Positions 36,517 to 43,853 of a stretch of 64,000 bases of DNA are shown here, piece by piece. Within the stretch, counting starts at the first letter, position 1. Each line of letters begins with the position of its first letter. The notes under the pieces are model-generated. The model worked only from the letters and a program-made list of their open reading frames with translations. It was not told the origin of the DNA and did not search any database. Source of the DNA: an uncultured Gemmatimonadales bacterium (GTDB taxonomy: Bacteria; Gemmatimonadota; Gemmatimonadetes; Gemmatimonadales; GWC2-71-9); NCBI GenBank assembly GCA_963826065.1, contig CAWGVP010000002.1, forward strand, positions 1,139,361 through 1,203,360, given 5' to 3'. The position numbers and the translations under genes were made by a program.

Positions 36517-39500
36517 GGCGCCCCCGCAGCAGCATGCCGGCGGGGAGACTTCCCCCCCGCAGCGTGGCACGGAGCCAACGCTCCAGGGTGTACTCCAGCT
36601 CGAATCCAGGGCCGGTGGAGCCGCCGACCTGCTGCTCGGCGGTCGCTCCGATTCGAAGCGGCTGCTGGAGACTGACGAACACCTTCGAGGCGAGATAGCG
36701 GCCCGCGGTCAGGGTGAGGCCTCGCGCGGGCTCCTGCCGGATCTGAAAGACGTCGAAGCCCAGCTCTTCCCCCGCCGCGCCGCCTATGTTCTCGGCCAGC
36801 TGATTGATGGCGAGTTGCGAGGCATCCACTGCGCCGCCGCCCTGCTGGTCCACCAGCGGATTGTCCGATGCCGGACGCCCGGTGACGATGTAGGAGATGA
36901 TGTCCTCCTCCGGCATCGACGGCTCCGCGGTGAAGTCGAGATCGAGGCTGTCGGGACGGCCCTTGGCCTCGACGTTGATCAGCACCTCTTCGTCGTCCGG
37001 GTCACCCTGGGTCGGGACCTGGTACTGGGCCGTGACGTCCAGATTCGTCGCCTCGGCGGGTCCCCGGAGCGCGATCGTGCCCTCCACCAGCCGGAAGGAC
37101 CTGCCGTAGAGATTCATCTCACCCCGGCCGGGAATCGGCTCGACCTGACCGAAGAACTCCATCTTTTCGCCAGGCTGCTGGCGCAAGTTGATGCGCCCGG
37201 CGAGCTCGATGTCGATGCTGGGACTTTGGCTCTTCCGGAACCACACCTGCCGGGCAAACCCGATGTCGAGATCGATCCGGAACCGCTCGACGAACCCCGG
37301 CCCCTGATCCGCCGTGGCCGCCGCGGGTCCGAATCGCTGGGCGAGCTGCTGGAGATCCGCCGGGGTGAGCTCCACCTCTTCTACCGTCGCGCCGGCGGCC
37401 CCACCCGCGAAGATCTCGGTCCGGCCCAACCGCAGCTTTCCGGTGAGCGACGGCTTCGACGCGGTCCCCCGCAGCCGAAGCTCACCGGTAGCCACCGAGC
37501 GGAGGACGTCGGAGTCGGAGATGCGGAACTCGGTCAACCGCGCGTTGATGTCGAGCGACGGGTCGGTGAGCGGCCGGAGCAGGACCTTTCCGCTGGCCAG
37601 CAGCTCTTCCTCATCGTCGGTCCTGAGCCGGAGCGAATCGATGTCGAAGGTCTCGCCCTCGAGCCGGCCCGCGAGCAGGCCCTCGGAATAGGTAACGCCG
37701 AGGGTGGGAAGGGTGACGCTCAGGCCCCGAAGGTCCACCGAGCCGCTCGCGCGCGGCTGGTCCGGCGTCCCGCTGATCCGGGTGTCAACCGCGAGGCCGC
37801 CGGTCAGCTCCTGCGCCGTCTCCTCGGGCAGGAAGGGCTGAAAGAACGCCAGGTCGAAGCTGTCGGCGCGGACCGTGAGTGCCATGGTGTCCGCCGCCTC
37901 CCTGGCGAAGCCGACGGCGGCCGCGGTGTCCTCGGGAATGAGGGTGAGACGCCAGGGCAGCAGGCCCGCGATGGTGAGCCCTTCGCCCTCGAGCGGCGTC
38001 GCCTCCGCCTTGATGCGGAGCCCGGTGCGGGTCCACGCAAGCTCGGACTCGACCCTGCCAACGTCCTCGCCGCCGCGCCGCCGAACGCCGAGGGCGATCT
38101 TTCCCTCGATCGACGGAGCCGCAGCCGGCCCCGAGAGCCGGACCGTCCCGTCGAGCCGGCCGGCCAACGGCACGACTCGCGCCTCTGCCAACGCGTCCAG
38201 ATCGAGGCCGTCGAAGCGGAGCGTCATGTCGCTGGAGTCGCGCCGGTCGAAGACACCGTCCACCGCGATCCGCCGGTCCCCCGCGCTCAAGTCGAACCCG
38301 TTCACCTGGACGGCGTTGGGTCGCACGGCGATGTGCGCCGGCCGCCCCAGACGCCAGGTGCGCCCGCCCTCGACGAGGTCGAGGCGCCGCAGTGCCGCCG
38401 CGGTCGTGTCACCCCGCGCACGACCCTCCAGCCCCACCGCGAGCCGGACGTCGTCATCGACCACGACTGTGCCCTGGAGCGAGACCAGGCTGTCATAACG
38501 GCCGGTCAGATCCACCTCGCGCAGCGAGAGTTTGCCGGCCGCGGCACCCTGAATGCGCAGGTTGCCGGCGAGGGCACCGACGCCGGAGCTGTCCATGATT
38601 CCCGACCCACGAACCGTGATCCGCTCAGCGAGGTTGCCGGCGTAGAGAAGGCTGAAGGCGTCGGCGTAGCCTTCGACCCGGCGCCGCTCCGCCGGGCCGG
38701 TGACCGTGAGGCTCAGGAGCGTGGAGTCGAGCGCGACGGAGTCCGCGCCGGCGAGAAGGGCGAGCGGCGTGAGATCGCCGGCGCGGCCGGTGACCCGAAG
38801 GGTGTCGCCGCCGGGCGCGGAGCCCGATCCGCGCAGAGCCAGCCGGCCGCCGCCGTCGAGCGCCGCGACGTTGGAGCGCAAGACCAGAGTGTCCACCCGT
38901 ACGGCACCGGGCACCGGCCGAAGCGCGACGTGGAGCTGCTGGATCCGCACGTCTCCCACCCCGCCCGCGGCCGTCACCGTTCCGCCGAGCGATGCGAGTC
39001 CCGCGCTGTCCGCAACCGCGTCCAGCCCGAAGCGACCCTCGAGGCGGCCGTCGGCGCGGCCGTTCCCCGTCCAGCGGGCAAGCCGCTCCACGCGGAGGTC
39101 TCCTTCGGCGTGGACCCGCGACGTGTCGGTTCCGACCAGCCCTTTCAGGGAAGCCTCGACCGCGGCATCCTCGCCCTGGAGCCGGAGGGATCCGGCGAGC
39201 GCGCCACGGTCGAGGCCGACCTCCAGGCGCCCGGGCCCAAGCTGAGCCTGATTGACCCGCGACGGCAGCAGCTCGAGGTCCATCCTGGCCAGCATCGAGT
39301 CGAGCCCGGAGCCACTGAGCGAGCCGGTGAAGCGGGCCGAGAGGTCCGTGCTGAGGCTATCGCGGCCAAGCAGGGTACCGAGATCGAGAGAGTCCGCCCG
39401 GCCGGAGCGCACCGCATAGGAGGGGATCTGGGCCATCGGCCGGCCTTCGCCCGCCAGGGCGAGGGACCCGCCGTTCGTGCGGATCGCCGCGTCGTAGGTG

Positions 39501-41578
39501 AGCCGCTCGCCGGCCAGCGCGGCGTTGACGATGCCGTGGGTGACCTCGATATGGCCGAGCCGGGAGGGCGCCACGGTGATCCGCCCTTTCGCGGTTTTGG
39601 CGCCCTCGTCCCAGCGGCCCCCTCCCACCGCCGCGGCGGTCACAGGACCCGCCAGATCGGGTCGGCCCAGCAAGGTGCCGAGATCCACACTGTCGATCGC
39701 GGCGCGTCGAATGGTGAATGTGGTCAGCGAATCGAATGGGCGGGCGGTCGCGTCCACGGTGAGCCGCCCGCCTTGGAGCCGGCCCCGCACGTCGAGCTCG
39801 GCGCGGCCGCCTGCCAGCCTGGCCTCGGCGATCACCCGCTCCATCCGGCGGGCCGCATAGCGAAGCTCATCCAGCTCGAGCCGGCCCGTGACGGCGGCCT
39901 CCGCGGGCGCCAAGCCACGGCCGCGCAGCGTGAAGCGGCCGCTGAGCGGTGCGGCGACAGTGTCGCCCATCAGCCGGCCGAGATCCACCCGGTCGACCGT
40001 GCCGCGGCGGACCTGGTAGGTGATCGTGTCGTCGAGACGCGCGGTGGCGAGGCCAGTGAGACGGCCACCGGCTACCAGCAGCTCCGGACGCAGCTCGAGC
40101 CGGCCCTCGGCGAGGGAGAGGTCGGTGTGGCCAAGAGCCTCACGGACGCCATCGCTCCGCACCGCCGCGAGGTCGATCCTGCCGTCCAGATCGGTCTCGC
40201 GCGGGGCGACTCCCTTCCCGCGGATCCGGAACCGCAGGTCCAGTCTCGGATCGCCCGACTCCCCGGCGAGGGTCCGGGCCATGACCTCGGTGCCCTCGAG
40301 GCCGAGCGCGCCGCCGACCAGGCTATAGGAGGGAATCGAGTCGAACGGACGGGCCCAGCCGTCGGCCCGCACGGAGCCGCCGAGCATCCGGCCGCGCAGG
40401 GCCAGGTCGGCGCGTCCCCGCTTCACCTCCGCGCGAAGGTCGAGATCACGCAGGTCGGTCTCGCCGAAGCGTGATCCGCGGAGCCGGAGGGACGCACTGC
40501 CATCGGCGAGAGGTAGGGTCTCGCCCCGAAGGTCGGCCTCGATCTCGCCATTGACGAGACCGATCGGCGCGGAGCGATGCAGCCGGGAGGGATCCAGCTC
40601 GCGGATCTCACCGTGGACCCGGTACACGGCAGGGGCGCCGCGTCCCACCACCGTCGCGCCTTCCAGCCGGATCACCCCGGGATCGAGCCTGGCCGCGAGC
40701 CGGGCGGTGACCAGCCGCCCGGCCGCGGACGCGGTAGCCTCCAGCCGAATGTCGCCTTCGGGTGGCACGCCGGGATAGACGCTCGCCAGATCGGCCAGCG
40801 ACAGCGGAAGCGCGCTCAGCCTGACATCGAGCCGCTCGGCAATGCGCGGATCGTCGAAGCTTCGGGGCAGAACTACCCTCCCGGCGATCTCGCTGCGATG
40901 GCTGCTGATGCGAAGAGGCTCGAGGCGAATCTCCTCCGCCGTGGCGGCGCCGGCGGCGGCGAGCTCGAACCAGAGCGGGGGCTCGCCGGGCGGGGACAGG
41001 GAGGCGTGGATGGTGTCCACGGTGAGCAGGACCGGATCTCCGACGACAAGTCCCCGTCCGTCGACCGTCAGGTCCTTGATCCTGGCCGTCGAGTCCGGGG
41101 CGAGTCTGGCGGCGACATCCACGCCGCGGACGGTCAAGCGATCGATGAGGAAATCGCCGCCGGTCGAGCTGGTGTCGCCCGAGGTCCGGATGGCGTTCGC
41201 GATGTCCCAGCCGTTTCGGTCCCGGGTGGCGACCACGTTGCCGCCTTCGACGGACAGCTCCCGCAGGCGGCGGTCGGGCCCCCGCAGATTCCGCGGGTCG
41301 TAGGCGACGCGGAGGTGCTCGATCAGTGCAAGGTCCCGAGACCCGCGGCGCAGCCGGAGCCACTCCAGGTGGAGCCCGGTCACCCAGTTGCCGCCGACCC
41401 GGCCGACGGCGAGCGCGTAGCCCGGATTGAGCGGGACGAGCCCCACGAGCCGGTTCGCGGCCCAAGTCGCGACCGCGGGGACCTGCAGCAGGGCAACGAT
41501 CACAACCACCAGGGTCAGGACCGCAATCCCGGTGACGGCCGCAATTTTGCCCGCCCGGCGGGCAATGGAGGACCACAT
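36506..41578 (-). CDS. tamB: TamB/AsmA-like translocation and assembly module protein (1690 aa)
   Basis: N-terminal TM anchor (KIAAVTGIAVLTLVVVIVALL). Long repetitive beta-rich body. C-terminal DUF490-like end (..LTLTAGRYLASKVFVSLQQPL..LEYTLERWLRATL). Confidence 0.88.
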   Translation of the reverse strand: MWSSIARRAGKIAAVTGIAVLTLVVVIVALLQVPAVATWAANRLVGLVPLNPGYALAVGRVGGNWVTGLHLEWLRLRRGSRDLALIEHLRVAYDPRNLRGPDRRLRELSVEGGNVVATRDRNGWDIANAIRTSGDTSSTGGDFLIDRLTVRGVDVAARLAPDSTARIKDLTVDGRGLVVGDPVLLTVDTIHASLSPPGEPPLWFELAAAGAATAEEIRLEPLRISSHRSEIAGRVVLPRSFDDPRIAERLDVRLSALPLSLADLASVYPGVPPEGDIRLEATASAAGRLVTARLAARLDPGVIRLEGATVVGRGAPAVYRVHGEIRELDPSRLHRSAPIGLVNGEIEADLRGETLPLADGSASLRLRGSRFGETDLRDLDLRAEVKRGRADLALRGRMLGGSVRADGWARPFDSIPSYSLVGGALGLEGTEVMARTLAGESGDPRLDLRFRIRGKGVAPRETDLDGRIDLAAVRSDGVREALGHTDLSLAEGRLELRPELLVAGGRLTGLATARLDDTITYQVRRGTVDRVDLGRLMGDTVAAPLSGRFTLRGRGLAPAEAAVTGRLELDELRYAARRMERVIAEARLAGGRAELDVRGRLQGGRLTVDATARPFDSLTTFTIRRAAIDSVDLGTLLGRPDLAGPVTAAAVGGGRWDEGAKTAKGRITVAPSRLGHIEVTHGIVNAALAGERLTYDAAIRTNGGSLALAGEGRPMAQIPSYAVRSGRADSLDLGTLLGRDSLSTDLSARFTGSLSGSGLDSMLARMDLELLPSRVNQAQLGPGRLEVGLDRGALAGSLRLQGEDAAVEASLKGLVGTDTSRVHAEGDLRVERLARWTGNGRADGRLEGRFGLDAVADSAGLASLGGTVTAAGGVGDVRIQQLHVALRPVPGAVRVDTLVLRSNVAALDGGGRLALRGSGSAPGGDTLRVTGRAGDLTPLALLAGADSVALDSTLLSLTVTGPAERRRVEGYADAFSLLYAGNLAERITVRGSGIMDSSGVGALAGNLRIQGAAAGKLSLREVDLTGRYDSLVSLQGTVVVDDDVRLAVGLEGRARGDTTAAALRRLDLVEGGRTWRLGRPAHIAVRPNAVQVNGFDLSAGDRRIAVDGVFDRRDSSDMTLRFDGLDLDALAEARVVPLAGRLDGTVRLSGPAAAPSIEGKIALGVRRRGGEDVGRVESELAWTRTGLRIKAEATPLEGEGLTIAGLLPWRLTLIPEDTAAAVGFAREAADTMALTVRADSFDLAFFQPFLPEETAQELTGGLAVDTRISGTPDQPRASGSVDLRGLSVTLPTLGVTYSEGLLAGRLEGETFDIDSLRLRTDDEEELLASGKVLLRPLTDPSLDINARLTEFRISDSDVLRSVATGELRLRGTASKPSLTGKLRLGRTEIFAGGAAGATVEEVELTPADLQQLAQRFGPAAATADQGPGFVERFRIDLDIGFARQVWFRKSQSPSIDIELAGRINLRQQPGEKMEFFGQVEPIPGRGEMNLYGRSFRLVEGTIALRGPAEATNLDVTAQYQVPTQGDPDDEEVLINVEAKGRPDSLDLDFTAEPSMPEEDIISYIVTGRPASDNPLVDQQGGGAVDASQLAINQLAENIGGAAGEELGFDVFQIRQEPARGLTLTAGRYLASKVFVSLQQPLRIGATAEQQVGGSTGPGFELEYTLERWLRATLRGGSLPAGMLLRGRHAF

Positions 41579-41682
41579 TGACCAATACTGGACGTATAAC
41601 GGGCGGGGCGGCCATGACTTGCGTCACGGCCGTCGGAAGGCTGGGCTGCTGAGCGAGGGCCGGCGGGCCGAGGCCTAGCCGG

Positions 41683-41922
41683 TCATCTCCATTCGGCTCC
41701 GCAGGGACACTGATGGCGTCCGGCGTGGCCGGTGTCGCGGTAGCAGACGCAGGAGTGGCCGCTGTCGTGGGTGCCGTAGAGGCATACCCGCTCGTCCGCG
41801 TTGCCACTCTCGATCCGCTCGATGTTGCGGGCGATCTCACGCAACACTGTGCCGCCCCGCGAGACCTCGGTCCCGTTCACTCCATGATCTCCTGGAACAG
41901 GTGTCGGCCGTGGAAGGGCCAC
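41683..41922 (-). CDS. Possible small Cys/His-rich protein (79 aa or fewer)
   Basis: GTG start. The C-terminal half CLYGTHDSGHSCVCYRDTGHAGRHQCPCGAEW shows a C-x10-CxC-x12-CxC pattern. Third-codon positions are GC-rich like real genes. No convincing RBS. Confidence 0.35.
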   Translation of the reverse strand: MALPRPTPVPGDHGVNGTEVSRGGTVLREIARNIERIESGNADERVCLYGTHDSGHSCVCYRDTGHAGRHQCPCGAEWR

Positions 41923-41960
41923 AAGCTATGGGCTTCGATTCCACATCGCCAGTCGTTCTT

Positions 41961-41981
41961 ATCAACGTTGACGACGTTGAT
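41961..41981. promoter_or_regulatory. AT-richer palindrome ATCAACGT-TGACG-ACGTTGAT, also readable as a direct repeat ACGTTGA-CG-ACGTTGA
   Basis: Read directly from the sequence. It lies about 40 nt upstream of the small Cys/His ORF in an otherwise GC-rich region. Confidence 0.3.
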
Positions 41982-42033
41982 TTGTAGACAAGGAGTGGAA
42001 GGTGGGATGCTGGGGATAGTTGGCGCACGTCAT

Positions 42034-42099
42034 GTCATCCTGAGCGAAGCGAAGGAGCCATGCATCGAGTCATGGCTCCTTCGCTTCGCTCAGGATGAC
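42034..42099. repeat. REP/MITE-like palindromic element, copy d
   Basis: GTCATCCTGAGCGAAGCGAAGGAGCCATGCATCGAGTCATGGCTCCTTCGCTTCGCTCAGGATGAC. An almost perfect hairpin. Confidence 0.92.
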
Positions 42100-42133
42100 A
42101 GGAGATGCTTCATGCCCAGCAGTTTTTTCCCTC

Positions 42134-42162
42134 TTGACACTCGACGATCGAATTCGTACTGT
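42134..42162 (+). promoter_or_regulatory. Sigma-70-like promoter TTGACA-N17-TACTGT with no downstream plus-strand gene
   Basis: TTGACA at 42134..42139, a 17-nt spacer, and TACTGT at 42157..42162 (TAnnnT type). Confidence 0.5.
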
Positions 42163-42168
42163 AGCTTC

Positions 42169-42476
42169 CCTCGAAGCCGCGAGGCCTCGAGGTGAGTCGT
42201 TCACCAAGCGGTGTATTGATGAACGACCGACAGGCGGCAGGACGCTGCGCAGCCTGTCACTCACAGGGTGATCAGCCCTCGTGAGGCAATCGCGAGCTCG
42301 CCGGCCGCGATTGAAGTCCCGGGCCTGACTCGGGCACCTCGGACGTCACCGCACGCGCCGAGGAAGGGAAATCGATTCGGTCGCCACACGTGGTGACACT
42401 GATCCTAGAATCGACACCCGCCGGCGACAGAACCCCCCGATCCGCGACGTGTCGCGCCTCGGGGGGTTTCTGTTTT
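42169..42476 (+). ncRNA. Candidate structured non-coding RNA of about 310 nt, family unknown
   Basis: Bounded by the promoter above and a U-tract terminator. No plausible ORF. At least 8 consecutive hairpins, including one with a GCGA (GNRA) loop. Contains a degenerate REP-like hairpin at 42345..42397. Confidence 0.4.
42431..42476 (+). terminator. Intrinsic terminator: AACCCCCCGA..(inner hairpin)..TCGGGGGGTT followed by TCTGTTTT
   Basis: 10-bp outer stem plus inner CGCGA/TCGCG stem. The U-tract is only on the plus strand, with an A-tract on the other side. It may also act on the convergent minus-strand gene ending at 42495. Confidence 0.7.
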
Positions 42477-42494
42477 CCGCCGCGGCTGAACGTC

Positions 42495-43625
42495 CTACCA
42501 CGTGAGCGAGTAGCGTCCCCCCATGGTGAACAGCACCTCCGAGGCCCGCAGGTCGCCGGAGGGCTGGTCCCCGGGCCAGGCGATCCGGTGGCTGCTGACG
42601 CCGACGTTGACGGCGAATCCCTCGACCAGGTGCACCGAGGCGGCCAACGTCTCCAGGGCGTCCCGGCGCCGCGACACGATCGGTCCGTGGCCGAACGCCA
42701 GCGTCTTCTCGGCGGTGATGCTGACTGGAATGCGGACCGACGTGAGTCGGCCATTCGCGGAGATTCGGGTGCCGATGATCTGGAGTGTCTCCCGGCCGCT
42801 GGCGTAGATCCCGAACTGGGAGCTCGCCGTCACTCCGCGCAGCATGACGCTCGGCCCGATGCTGGCCCGATAGGCGGTGCGGTCCGTGAGCGCCGGCCGG
42901 GTGCCGTCCGGCAGCCACTCGTCGCGGGTCGTGCCCAGGTGCATCGCGATGCCGTAGCTCACCTCGTCGCCCTGCTTGATCACCCGGCTCAGGTCAACCG
43001 AGGCGCCGTGCCCGTCGGCTCCGTAGAATGCCTGTGCCTTGGCGCTCCATGCCTTCGACGCCAACTCGCCTTCGAGCGAGAAGACCCCGCTGCTCAGCGC
43101 CTCCCGGAACAGCGCGGTTCGATTGCGGCCGGTGATGGTCCGGTGGGCGAACATGGTGTTCCACCCGGCGGCGATGGCCACCGTCCGCCGGTTCCGCTCC
43201 GGCAAGCGCACCTCGAACTCGTGATAGAACTCCCGGCAGCGCCCCAGCTTGCACACCGAGATCGTGGCGGGCTTCCTGAGCCGGTCGAGCAACACCCCGT
43301 CCCGTCGCTCGGCGTACGGGCGAACCGGCCTCGGATCGCCGAAGTCGCCGCTCAGCCGGGCGTCGAGCCGCGGCCCGGTGCTCCAGTACCGATCCACCCC
43401 GTTGGCGGACGCGATGGCAATGCTGTCCGCCGTCGGGCTCCGCACCACCACCATGGCCTCCTGTCCGCTGCGCAGCACCGCCGGCTCCATGCGGACAACC
43501 ACCGGGTCCGGACCCGCCGCCAGCCTGGTGGATTGCGAAGGAACTCCGCAACCGAGCAGGGTAAAGCCGCCGAAGAGGGCCGGGAGAGGGACGGGAACGG
43601 GAGGGAGCGAGAATAGGTTCCGCAC
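42495..43625 (-). CDS. Putative outer-membrane lipoprotein with a C-terminal beta-barrel-like region
   Basis: GTG start. Lipobox FGGFTLLGCG. Alternating hydrophobic pattern. C-terminus ..GGRYSLTW. Confidence 0.65.
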   Translation of the reverse strand: MRNLFSLPPVPVPLPALFGGFTLLGCGVPSQSTRLAAGPDPVVVRMEPAVLRSGQEAMVVVRSPTADSIAIASANGVDRYWSTGPRLDARLSGDFGDPRPVRPYAERRDGVLLDRLRKPATISVCKLGRCREFYHEFEVRLPERNRRTVAIAAGWNTMFAHRTITGRNRTALFREALSSGVFSLEGELASKAWSAKAQAFYGADGHGASVDLSRVIKQGDEVSYGIAMHLGTTRDEWLPDGTRPALTDRTAYRASIGPSVMLRGVTASSQFGIYASGRETLQIIGTRISANGRLTSVRIPVSITAEKTLAFGHGPIVSRRRDALETLAASVHLVEGFAVNVGVSSHRIAWPGDQPSGDLRASEVLFTMGGRYSLTW

Positions 43626-43752
43626 GGCGGACTCGGAAATGCGGATGGAAGCGACGGTCGAGTTGTCGGGATTGGAGGATCGAAACCATCATACCGCGCG
43701 GATCGGCAGGGTGCCAGGGGCGAAGGACGACTTGCGGGTGCGACGACCGGGT

Positions 43753-43845
43753 GTCATCCTGAGCGAAGCGAAGGAGGCCATGCCCGGAGATGGTCTCCTT
43801 CGCTTCGCTCAGGATGACACATCGCTCAGGATGGCACCTTTCGCC
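43753..43845. repeat. REP/MITE-like palindromic element, copy e (43753..43818), plus a tandem partial duplicate of its right arm (43821..43845)
   Basis: GTCATCCTGAGCGAAGCGAAGGAGGCC..GGTCTCCTTCGCTTCGCTCAGGATGAC, then ATCGCTCAGGATGGCACCTTTCGCC. It lies in a divergent promoter region. Confidence 0.9.
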
Positions 43846-43853
43846 GAGGTCCC

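Noticed and set aside
36215-40474. 1419-aa plus-strand ORF. Also similar giant ORFs at 27250..29460, 10184..12628, 5797..7926, 7956..10247, 22251..24593, 44316..45641 and 10698..12644
   Set aside because: All are antisense to, or frame-shifted within, genes with clear homology signatures (tamB, coiled-coil gene, histidine kinase, Ser/Thr kinase, ftsH, LVIVD protein, ATP-grasp-like gene). All have Arg/Gly/Pro/Asp/His-rich low-complexity composition. Long open antisense frames are expected at this GC content.
41713-42195. 160-aa plus-strand ORF and a 64-aa minus-strand ORF (42070..42264) in the large intergenic region. Also other short ORFs with peptides such as VILSEAKEP, CHPERSEG and LRSAQDD (for example 12542..12943, 19087..19407, 51656..52144, 61705..61905)
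   Set aside because: They run through REP/MITE-like palindromes. The shared peptides are simply translations of the repeat arms in different frames and strands.
42300-42445. RNase P RNA-like fragments inside the ncRNA candidate (GAAGTCCCGGGC resembling the P4 5' strand GAAAGUCCGGGC; CGACAGAACCC identical to an 11-nt stretch of the E. coli M1 3' P4 region)
   Set aside because: The other universally conserved RNase P regions are absent, for example the GGUAAGGGUGAAA / GGUGCGGUAAGAGCGCACC modules. The two fragments cannot pair as P4 here. The unit is too short at about 310 nt. The AACCCCCC segment is better explained as the terminator stem. I also saw no tmRNA (no tRNA-like CCA end or tag ORF), SRP RNA or 6S RNA signatures.
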